From NCBI RefSeq assembly GCF_000142905.1, contig NW_013657616.1, positions 62,001 to 126,000 of the forward strand: a DNA stretch of 64,000 bases, in the 5' to 3' direction. The notes under the pieces are model-generated. The model was not told where the DNA came from. It worked only from the letters and a program-made list of their open reading frames with translations, and did no database searches. The translations under genes were made by a program, and so were the position numbers. Origin of the DNA: Thecamonas trahens ATCC 50062. Lineage: Eukaryota; Protista; Apusomonadida. Below are positions 53,932-64,000 of the stretch, one piece after another. The stretch's first letter is position 1, and each line of letters begins with the position of its first letter.

Positions 53932-55998
53932 CTAGCTGGACGCTTGCAGCAGCCCTTGGTCGTTACGCCGATAAAGAAGCAGATATGCCGCCGACGAGAC
54001 AACACTCGCTTCCTGCGTCTCGGACACCCGCGAGTCGTTGTAAGTCCACCACACCCCGTTATCGCCGCAAACATGCGCGGTGTAGTGCCCGCCGCCAAGG
54101 CCGCCGTAGTGGTTGACGACGGCGTAGAGCGAGTAGCCGGCGGAGGCGCCGCCGCCAGTGACTGGGAGTGAGAAGCCGACGAGAGGTGCATCGACAAACG
54201 CGTGCTTCTTGGCCAGCCGCCCGCTCGCTTCGTCCTGCACAAACCGCTTGAGATGGACCACAAGCATCGGCGGCGGCAGCTCGATCGAGAGCATCTGCGT
54301 CGCCCGGCCACCGGCCTCGCATGCCGGGCACCGCCATCCGCCGTCGCCGGACACCACCTGTGGTGCGGCAAAGGCCGCGACTGCGTTGTCGAGCGTTGGT
54401 GCGAGCGCGCCGCGCTGGCTGCCGGCCAGTGACGTCTCATCGTACTCGCAGTCGGCGAGTCGCGAGAGCGAGTACGCCTCCCACACGACCTGCTCGTTCC
54501 ACTCGACCACTACGTATGTGTCCGGCGAGAGCACAAGGTCCTGGTCGATGCCGGCATCGACTGCGGACTGATCGATGCCGTCGGCCATGAGCGTAAAGAG
54601 CTCGCCCCGCGCTGCTGCCAGCGAGAGCGGCAGGCCTGGCTCGACCTGCGGAAAGTAGCCGGCGTCGAGCTCGTCGTAGTCCGAGTCAAAGTCCGAGTCA
54701 GCCTGCGCGGCCTCGGCCGCCGCCGCGAGCAACATCATGTACTCATGAAACCAAGCGCGAAAGCCTGCCACTGCGTCGGCATCCGCCTCGCTATTGTTCA
54801 GCGAGACCGTGTCCGGCACCGACACGTAGTGCGCCATTGCGCTGAGGATCTGCTTTTTGAGCTCCGAGTACTTGACAACCGGCGGCGTTGAGAGCATGAG
54901 CGGAAGTCCCAAGTACTCTTGCCGCACCACCCGGCGCACCACGTAGCCCTCGGTGGCGGCATCGTAAACCTCGGTCTCGACCGCAAAATTGGCTCGGTGG
55001 CAGACTGGGAGCCGGATGACTGCCCCGGACGCCAGCTCGTCCGGCGGCGCGACCTGGTACAGATACAGGCTGCCGTCACCATACGCCAGCTCGTCCGACT
55101 CGCGGCTCTCCGGCACATACTCACCAAAGCCTGAGCCAACAATGATGACCGGAAGCAGCGCGTCACTGGAAATGCCAACCAGCTCGCTCACTGCCTCGCT
55201 GATCTCCTCGACGTCCTCGTACGTCTCAGCGTCAACTGTGTACTGCACAAACCGCCCGTCCGCCACCGCAGGCACCACCGTCACCTTGACTGTCGCCGGC
55301 GGATCCGGTGGAACCGGCAGCGCCAGCGAAGTGAACGGATCAAAGGTCGTCGAGCCGAGCCCGCAGCTGTCGCACAGCACAAGCGACCGTAAGAGGCCGG
55401 CAAACATGCCCGTCACCGGCGACGCATTGCTCGCCACATACCGCCGCCACGCCGCTGCTGCCTCGGCATCTGACGCTTCTTTGGCCCGATGCTCCACCAT
55501 AGTGGTGACTCGGCCAGTCCTCTGGCCATCGTCCTCCGGCTCCTCCTCGCCCTCGGTCTCGGCCCTCTGCGCCCTCGCCACGTTCGTCTCCTCGTGCAGG
55601 CCATCGAGCAGAAACGACCACAGCTCGTGGGCATCATGCTGGGCATGGCCCTTGAACGATGGCGCAAGACCATCCATCACGTGCTTAAAGGCTGCAGGCG
55701 CCACGCATGACCCACTGCCACTGCCTCGGCCTGCGGCCGCCTGCTCGACGAGCTCAACAAGATCCAGATACGAGGCAAAGAGGCGACCATCAAAGGCCAG
55801 CGGATTGCCCAGCCCGTCGTCCCCGACCATAGTCTGCATCGACCTCAGCGCCTCAGTCATGCCCTCTGTCGCCATCAGTGCCTGTAACGTCGCCGCCATG
55901 TAGCATGTGTTCCCCAGATTGCTCAGGCCGACTCGCCTCTGCCGGTCGCCGTCCCCGTCTCCTCCTCCGCCGCCGCTTCCTTGCTTCAGCGCGGACAT
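53932..55998 (-). CDS. Ubiquitin-specific protease (C19; USP4/11/15-like split catalytic domain)
   Basis: GLSNLGNTCYM, QHDAHE..LLDGLHEE, FDPF.SL.LP, W.CP.C, VHLKRF, YAVVNHYGGLGGGHYTA, YNDS, AYLLLY. Confidence 0.93.
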   Translation of the reverse strand: MSALKQGSGGGGGDGDGDRQRRVGLSNLGNTCYMAATLQALMATEGMTEALRSMQTMVGDDGLGNPLAFDGRLFASYLDLVELVEQAAAGRGSGSGSCVAPAAFKHVMDGLAPSFKGHAQHDAHELWSFLLDGLHEETNVARAQRAETEGEEEPEDDGQRTGRVTTMVEHRAKEASDAEAAAAWRRYVASNASPVTGMFAGLLRSLVLCDSCGLGSTTFDPFTSLALPVPPDPPATVKVTVVPAVADGRFVQYTVDAETYEDVEEISEAVSELVGISSDALLPVIIVGSGFGEYVPESRESDELAYGDGSLYLYQVAPPDELASGAVIRLPVCHRANFAVETEVYDAATEGYVVRRVVRQEYLGLPLMLSTPPVVKYSELKKQILSAMAHYVSVPDTVSLNNSEADADAVAGFRAWFHEYMMLLAAAAEAAQADSDFDSDYDELDAGYFPQVEPGLPLSLAAARGELFTLMADGIDQSAVDAGIDQDLVLSPDTYVVVEWNEQVVWEAYSLSRLADCEYDETSLAGSQRGALAPTLDNAVAAFAAPQVVSGDGGWRCPACEAGGRATQMLSIELPPPMLVVHLKRFVQDEASGRLAKKHAFVDAPLVGFSLPVTGGGASAGYSLYAVVNHYGGLGGGHYTAHVCGDNGVWWTYNDSRVSETQEASVVSSAAYLLLYRRNDQGLLQASS

Positions 55999-56552
55999 AC
56001 CAGACTGCCACTGCCACTGCCACTGCCTCTGCTCCTCTGTCTCTGTGCTCGTCCGTCGAGTCACGTCGTGGCCGTGGTCGTCGTGGTGGCTGTGGCCTTA
56101 GCCACTGGTCAGGCTGTCTCTGTCGCTCTCGCACCATCGCCCCCCCCCCTTCCAAGCCACACGCGCGCGTGGGTCGCTACCCTTCCCACGCGTGTCGTCA
56201 CCACTTCGTGTTCGTCAGCGGGCGTTCTTCGTCCTTTTTCCTCCTTTCCCTTTCCCTCCTATCTTTGACGCCTAGCGCTATCTCCACGCCAGCGACACAC
56301 CTCTCGCTCATTGTGTACGACCGTCTCCACCCACCCACCCCACCCTTACTCACTCACTACCCACTCCCCCTCTCACCACCCTTGTCTTCATCCCCGTCCC
56401 CGTCCTCGTCTACGTCCCCCCTCCCCCCCCTCCCTTCACTTGCGTGGCGGGATCTTCGCTGTACTTTTAAGTCACTGTACGCACATCCCCCCTCCTTATT
56501 CCTCCCCTCCCTCTCTTCTTTCTCTATACCCGCATTCCTACAGCGTGCAAAG

Positions 56553-59454
56553 ATGTCCTACGAAGAGTACGACTATGACTATGCGTCAGAGGAGGAGTCG
56601 GCTCAAAGCCCAGCCGCGCCAAGTTCAGCAACGGACCTTTTTTTGCAGTGCGCACACTCTTCTCAGTCCAAGCCTGCCGGCAAGGACAAGGGCAAGGGCA
56701 AGGCCAAAAGATCGAGTCGTCGTATGAAGAGTACTCGGAGGAGGTCTCGGACCATGGCTCGGGCAAGTCCAAGCTGATCCTTATCCTCGTTGCCGTCCTC
56801 ATTGGCGTGGTTGTCGTTGGCGCCGCCGCGGCAGGCGCCGTCATTGGCATCAAGGCCAACGAATCCAAGTCGAACAGCGAGACTGCGCCGGCTATGATTG
56901 CCGGCAACGGTGCCGGCGTCAAGGCTGCGCCCAAGAAGACCTCGGTCGTCACCACGTCCAACACCGGTGCCTCGCGCGCGCTCCATCGTCCTATCGACCC
57001 GGAGCTCGTCGCCCACGCCCGGACCATGTTTGCCAACGAGCCGGTTGCCCGTGCCTTCCTCACGCTTGCGTTCAACGACCCGGGCACCGACTACTCGAAT
57101 ACCCAGCAGGACTTTGCTGTCTACACGCCGGCGGCGGCGCCGCTCGAGTCGATCAACGTGGTCCTCTGCGTTGTCGACCAGATGAAGATCGACTCGTTTG
57201 TCAACCAGGGCCGCTACGTCGCCCTCGTCAACGAAGACGAGTGCACGCCGAACACTGGTGGCGGCGGCAACGTCGGCGGCGGCGGTGGCGGCGGCGCCCC
57301 GTCCGGCAACGGCGGCAACAACAACAACAAGGGTGTGCAGTACATTCGGTCCATTGTCGAGGCGACTCGGCGTGACAACTCGTCGGACCAACTCGCCACG
57401 ATGTGGTACGGTGAGAAGGAGCAGCTTATCCGGCTGTTTGTCCGCACTCGCGAGGCGCCGTCTCGGGCCAAGCCGTTTGGCGACTTTGTGCTGTCGTACA
57501 AGATGAGCAACTCGATGGACGGCTTCACCATCAAGGGTGAGGGTTCGATCAAGACGGTGAACGTGGCAGGCGGCGGCGTCGCGTTTTCGTACTTTCTCAA
57601 GGTCTCGGGCTCGATGAATGGGCAGTCGTTCACCTTTTTCGACGGCGGCGCCATCATCGAGTACAACAAGGCTGGGGGTACCGGCTCGACCTGGGTCCGC
57701 GACCGCCAGATGGATATGAGCTCGATGGGTGGCGGCGGCGGCAGCGGATCTGGCGGCGGATCTGGCGGCGGATCAGGCGGCGGCAGCTCGGGCCCGCCGG
57801 CGTCCGGAAGCTCTGGCGGCGGTAGCACCGGCCCTGGTGGCCCTGGTGGCCCTGGTGGTCCTGGCGGTCCCGGCGGCAGCTCTGGTGGCGGTGCCATGCC
57901 GCCCCCGCCGCCGCTCGTCGAAAAGTGGTTTGCTCTCGCGTACAACGACAAGTTTGCCGTAACCCAGCAGGGCAACACCCAGGCCGAGGTTCCCACCGAC
58001 ACCGCGTCGGGCAGGTGCCTCAACCTCGAGAACGAGAAGGAGTACCCGTGGGCTTATGGCCTGTTTAACACCGCCGATGGCTCAGTCGTTAAGCGGAACA
58101 CTGGCTTCCCGTTCACCTTTACCGCACCAGCCGGCGTGACGGTGCCCAAGCTTCCGGGTGCCGGCGACGACTCGGCCGATCGCCCGCTCATGGGCTTTGC
58201 CTTTTTCGACGGCATCTGGACTGAGCTCGGCGACCAGGCCCTGCCCGATGGCACCACCATCCAGGCGCAGACGTTCAGCGGCGACGAGGTGACCTACACG
58301 GTCTCGATGAAGAAGACCAAGCTTGTGCGCGGCTCGATCCAGCAGAAGGCGCTGACCGACATTTCCAAGCTCCGCTTCGAGTGGTACCAGTCCGCCCAGT
58401 CGCGGTGGGTGGTCATCCAGTACCTGTCGTCGGCAACGCCGGCTGGGTGGTACGTCGTCGCCACCTTTAACTCGGAGTTCAAGGAGACTGCGGTGACGCC
58501 ACCGCAGCAGATCACGCCGTCGTCGCTGAGCCTGTTCAGCGCCGAGCTCAACGGACAGGTCAGCTGGTTCTCTGGCGACAACTACGTGACGTACGAGACG
58601 ACGTCGACGGTCCTGCCGACCGACACGACGTTCGGCACGACGACGACCCTCTACTGCCTCTCCCAGTGCCCGCGCGCTGGGATCACCCAGGACAACCTCA
58701 AGACGTTTGACGGCCCGTACTTCCCGGATCCGGCAGACCCTGCATCGGCCATCGAGTACGAGTACAACAAGGTGACCGGCGTGCTTTCGTTTGGCGGCAA
58801 CGCCGTTGACCTTGCTGCCGGTGTCAAGATCGACGACTCGACGGTGTTCTTCACCTTTACCTTTGGCATCGAGTCCGGTATCATGGTCACCAACACCACC
58901 GGACTCACTACTATCGCTGATGCTACCTCGGTCGCCGGCCGTAGCACCTACACCTACAATGTCGGCCTCCCGACCTGGCGGCAGTTCCCCATCTTCCGCG
59001 ATACGAGCAACAACGTTGTTGTCCTCCAGGAGCCGCTTCAGCTCACATACACCCACACGACGGCGAACGACCGCAACGGCGACGCGACCTACAACGACGT
59101 TCCTGTGCTCTTTGTCTACCTCGGGTCGACGGCCTCATGGGCATCCCATGGAAGCAGATCGACTCTGATGGCGACTCGACGCTCGACCAGTTCGAGCCGG
59201 CCTTTGCCCTCAAGGACGGCACGCCGCTTGGCGGGTCGAACGAGTACGTTGTCAAGGGCCTCTTTGGCGATGTGCTCCTCAACCCGGCGACTCCCGCCGA
59301 GTGCGAGGCTGCCGGCGTTGCGGTCAAGGCACCCGTCGCACCGGTTCCCACCTCGTACCAGGGTCAGGCAGTCTTCCCCTACGCCAACGATCCACCGCCC
59401 AAGCTCAACGCCAAGCCCAAGGTTGTTGGAGGCGTCATTCAGGCTACTGTCTAA
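56553..59454 (+). CDS. Type II membrane-anchored large extracellular protein, paralog A (frameshifts near 56707 and 59124)
   Basis: Single N-terminal TM (LILILVAVLIGVVVVGA) followed by a long Ser/Thr/Gly-rich, probably beta-rich ectodomain; collinear with the downstream paralog. Confidence 0.8.
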
Positions 59455-59867
59455 CCCGCCCGTCCTCGCTCACCCAACTCGCGCACTCCTCAACGCGTTT
59501 GTACATATCAAGCAACCACAGGCCATCCTCATGTACAACACGGGCCTGGACTTCTCACCAATCCGAACAAATACACTGCACATACCAAGCAACCAACAAC
59601 CAACCCGCCGCACTCCACCAGCCACCAACCTCGAACCGCCCGCGTGTGCGCGGCGGTTGGCATTCACACACCTGACTTTGTTCTTTCGTACGTGCTCGTT
59701 ACTCGCTTTTTTTGGTTTACCTGAACCCGTGACGTTGCGTAACGTGCATCTCCCGCTGCACCCCCGCACCTCCGTACCCCTGCCCCGCAACGCTCCACAG
59801 CACACCCACTCCCTCTTCCCCCCCTCCCCCCCCCTCACTCACTCTATCCCCTTCACCTACTTCTAGT

Positions 59868-62563
59868 ATGAGTGCTATTGACGAAGAAAACATCCAGGGC
59901 GTCCACGAGCTCGAGGTTGGCGAGGCCAAGCCGAGCTCGACTGGCGCGACCAACACTTCGGACAATGATTCCAAGAAGAAGATGCTGATTATTGTGGCGG
60001 CCGTCATTTGCGGTCTCGTTGTGGTTGGTGCTATCATTGGCGGTACTGTGGCTGGTGTGGAGGCCAACAAGAAGTCGTCGTCGTCGGCCTCGGCCCCAGC
60101 CATGATTGCTGGCAACGGGCGTGGTGTCAAGGCTGCGCCGGACCGGACCTCGGTGGTCACTACCCAGAACTCGGGCGCTCGTCGGCGCTCGGTCCGCGAC
60201 GTCGACCCGGTCATGGTGGCGCACGCCATGGACGCGCTTGCGACAACCCCCATGGGCGATATCTTTGCTGCACTCGCCTTTAACGACCCGGGCACCGACT
60301 ACTCCAACGCCGCGCAAAGCTTCTCGGTGTACCACCCGGCTACCCAGCCGCTCGATTCGATCAACACTGTTCTGTGCATCATCGACCAGATGCGTGTCCA
60401 GCAATTTGTCAACCAGGGTCAGTACGTGGCGCTTGTCGACGAGGCAAAGTGCTCGCCGCAGAGTGGCTCGTCCGGCGGCGGCTCGTCCGGCGGCTCGTCC
60501 GGCGGCTCGTCCGGCGGCAATTCGGGCGTCTCGTACACCCGCACCGTCAACGTCGCCACTCGTGTCGACGACAACTCGGACCAGCTCCTGGCTTCGTGGT
60601 ACGGGACTAGTGAGCAGCTTGTTCGCATCTTCCTGCGCACCATCGAGTCGCCGTCGCCGCGCAACCCGTTCGGCGATTTTGTTCTCTCGTACAAGATGAA
60701 GGGCGACGCACCGTTCCTTGGCCGCATGGAGGCCCGTGCCTCGATCCGCACTATCAACGTGCCTTCGGGCGTCGCTTTCGACTTTTTCATCGAGCTTGTT
60801 GTCTTCACCTCGGCCGGCCCCGTCCCCATGGTCTCGTCGGCCGCCGTCGTCTCGTTTGACCCATTCACCGATTCGGGCACGGCCTGGGTTGTCGACCGCT
60901 CCTCGTCCACAATGGGCGGATCATCGTCTGGTGCGGTGTCTGGCTCGTTCTCCAGCTCCACCTCGGGCAGCTCGGTGTCGTCGTCGGCCGGCTCGTCCGA
61001 GACCTGGTATGCCCTCGCCTACGACGCCACCTACGCCATCTTCCAGGAGGGCACGTCGCAGGCCGATGTTCCACTCGACTCGCTCTCGGGCCAGTGCCTC
61101 AACCTCGCCAACGAGCGCGAGTTCCCGTGGCAGTACGGCCTGTACCGGGTTGACACTGGTGCCGAGGTCAAGCTCAACACTGGCTTCTCGTTCACTTTTG
61201 ACGCCCCGCCGGGCGTCACTGTTCCGCCGCTGCCCGGCCAGGAGGCTGAGTCCGGAAGCAGCAGCTCGTCGACTCGCAAACTCATGGGCTTTGTTGGTAA
61301 CTGGGGCATGTGGACCGAGCTCGGCTACGACGTCCAGATCCCCGATGGTACTATCATCACGCGTCAGGATTTCTCTGGCTCGGGTTCAGGCACGCCGACT
61401 ACCTACGCTGTCGCGACCAAGACCTCCAAGATTGTGCGTGAGCGAGTCATCCAGAAGCCGCTCACTGAGATCACCAAGCTCAAGTTTTCGTACTACCAGT
61501 CGTCGCGCTCGCGTTCCGTCAACATCCAGTACAAGCTCACGCCGTCGCCCGGCTGGTACGCCGTCGAGATCGAGTCGTACTCGGCGGCCGCGCCGTCGCC
61601 CATCTCTCCGCCCGAGGCCGTCACCGACACTTCGCTTTTCCTCTACTCGCAGATGCTTGGAGGCTCGGTCGTCTGGTACTCGCCTGACAGCTTTGTCACC
61701 TTTTACACCAGAGAGGATGTGCTTGCCAACGACGCGTACTTTTCGGCACGCCGGGCGTCAAGACTCTTTACTGTCTCCGCGACTGCCCCAAGGCCACCGT
61801 CTCGTCGAGCGACCTCACAACGTATGACGGCGCGTACCTGCCGAACCCGACCTCGGTCGCCAACGCCATCGAGTACACGCTCGACCCGGCCGATGGCATC
61901 GTCCGCCTTGGCGGCGTGGCCGTCGGCTTTGGCTCCGGCGTCGACCTTGAGGCATCTGGCGTCTCGTTCCGCTACCGCTACTCTGGCGTCGAGTCGGGCG
62001 TGATGGTGACCAACCGCACCGGCCTCACATCGGTTTCCGATGCCACTTCGCGCCCCGGTGCCGAGACCTACACCTTTGCCTTTGGCCTGCCCAAGTTCTC
62101 ACAGGTGGTCGTCGTCCGCGACGCCGCCGGCGCCGTCGTCACCTTTGACCAGCCGCTGCAGTTCTCGTACACCCACTCGACCGCCTATGACCGCAACGGT
62201 GACGCGTCCAACGACGGTGTCCCGGCGCTGCTCAACTACGGTGGCACGGGCGATCTTTGGGGCATTCCCTGGGAGCAGGTCGATTCGAACGGCGACGGTG
62301 TGCCCGACCGCTTTGCCCCGGCGTTTGCCATCAAGGACGGCACACCTGTCGGCGGCGACTACGTCATCAAGGGCCTCTTTGGCGACATTGTCCTTGGCGC
62401 CGCCACCGTCAACGAGTGCCAGTCCGCCGGTGTCGCCGTCTCGGCGCCCATCCGCCCCGTTCCCAACTCGTACCGCGGCGAGGCCATCTTCCCCCACGAG
62501 ACCGCACCCATCCCCGAGATCGCCGACGATCCCAAGGTTGTTGGTGGTGTTGTTCAGGTCTAA
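59868..62563 (+). CDS. Type II membrane-anchored large extracellular protein, paralog B (frameshift near 61741)
   Basis: Shares APAMIAGNG.GVKAAP..TSVVTT, LAFNDPGTDYSN, SIN.VLC..DQM, VNQG.YVALV, PFGDFVLSYKM, GIPW.Q.DS.GD, FA.KDGTP, KGLFGD and PKVVGGV with paralog A. Confidence 0.8.
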
Positions 62564-62768
62564 TCCGCCCCCCCCCCCCCCTCACCGGCTGAACTTGGTG
62601 GCGGTAAATGCCTTCAATTTTCCCTCAACGACATGTTTAATAATGGTATGCGTGCGTAGGGAGCGAGGGAGCAAGTGACTGATACCCTGCTGCCCGGCCA
62701 CGCCCGTCCCAGTCCGTGAACCCCGCCACCCCGTCTCCACGCCCACCACTCTACTCGCCTTGCCCAGC

Positions 62769-63919
62769 ATGTTCTACTTCTTGGCGTGTCTCCTTGTGGC
62801 CTTTGGCCCCTACCCCATGGTATACTATGGCTCCAAGCTGTACGTGTGTGCGTAGCGTAGTGCGTGTGTGTGTGGGGGGGGGGGGGGGAGGGGGGGAGGG
62901 GGGATGGGTGGGGACTCACGGGGTGTGTGGGCATGGGTGTGGCTATGTGGGGTTGCTGGTCTTCTGGTGGGGTGGGACTGCTGGACTCGGACTGGCTGGC
63001 TGGCTGGCTGGTTGCTGCTCCTCCTCCTCCTCCTCCTCCTACGTCTGCCTGCTGGACTCGGACTGGCTGGCTGGCTGGCTGGTTGCTGCTCCTCCTCCTC
63101 CTCCTCCTCCTACTCCTCCTGCTGGACTCGGACTGGCTGGCTGGCTGGCTGGTTGCTGCTGCTCCTCCTCCTCCTCCTCCTACTCCTCCTGCTGGACTCG
63201 GACTGGCTGGCTGGCTGGCTGGTTGCTGCTCCTCTTCCTGCTGCTACTCTCATACCAACCACTCTCTTATCTCGCTCTCCATGCACAGCTCCGACTACGC
63301 GTCCACGTCGTTGGTCGTCCGCGGCGCGCTGGGCTACGTCCTCACCTCGACGGCGCACATGATCTTCATGGCAACGTTTCTGCCCGTTGATGCTCACGAA
63401 GGAACCCTCCGCGTCGTCTCGCTCGTCGGGCAGACAATCATCTCGCTCGTCGCCATTGTCGGTGCGCTGGCCACGGTCTCGTCGGCTTCGGGTTCGGACA
63501 AGACCAAGATGAAGGCGCTCGCTCTCGGCTGGGGCGCCGCCGAGGCCCTCGGCAAGGTCCCGCAGATGTGGATGGGCTCGCGGGCCCACGAGATCGACCT
63601 CTCATGCATCGGCCTCGCCATCAAGTCCAACTTTGATGGCATCGCTGCCGTCGGCTTCCTCTACGGCGCCTTCCTCCTCTTCGAGTACGCCTCGTCGCTC
63701 CGCTTCACCTCGGCGCGCCAGTTTGTGCCCTCGCTCTTCCCGCTCACCGCCATCCTCCTCTCCATCAAGTCGGTCGTCCCCGTCGCCCTCTCCGCTCTCG
63801 CCCTCCCGCTCCCGCTCGCCATCGCCACCTCGGCCGCCATCGCCTTTGGCTCGTACTACCTCGCACAATCTGCCTTTGCCATCCATCGCTCCACCCGCTA
63901 CAAGAAGCGCGACCGCTAA
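62769..63919 (+). CDS. TMEM147: TMEM147 homolog; exons 62769-62839 and 63289-63919
   Basis: MFYFLACLLVAFGPY..YY.SKL^SDY..., MIFMATFLP, ALGWGAAEAL, MWMGSRAHEID, IKSN. A GTACGT...CAG intron preserves the frame. Confidence 0.85.
62980..63245. repeat. Four about 70-bp tandem units inside the TMEM147 intron
   Basis: GCTGGACTCGGA(CTGG)nTTGCTG(CTC)n repeated four times. Confidence 0.9.
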
Positions 63920-64000
63920 AAGCCAGCCGTCCATCATCGTCTACCGCCCGTAGCCTCGCCTGCCGCCCGGCCGCGAACCCTTGCCCGAACCGGGCACGTC

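Overview
GC-rich, intron-poor, gene-dense nuclear DNA from a unicellular eukaryote. Gene content (KICS2, C9orf72, UBA3, TMEM147, RasGEF/RasGAP, cilia-type genes) and composition suggest an apusomonad such as Thecamonas; this is inference, not a lookup. It is a draft assembly with four N gaps. About 27 protein genes are visible, and about 12 are split by an apparent single missing base in a short homopolymer. There are seven tRNA genes: five identical intron-containing tRNA-Gly(GCC) genes with an atypical A1:U72 pair, arranged as direct and inverted repeats (16.0-18.6 kb), and two identical convergent tRNA-Phe(GAA) genes lacking the near-invariant G53:C61 pair and canonical B-box. Six of the seven share a TATA-like element at -31/-33. 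Other highlights are a FYVE-PI3K resembling the giant-virus (Mimivirus L615-type) enzyme, a tandem pair of membrane-anchored proteins resembling an uncharacterised bacterial family, a CFAP97D-C2 fusion, a patchwork echo of the malic enzyme 3' end, and an AT-rich island. Protein identities come from remembered motifs, not database searches.
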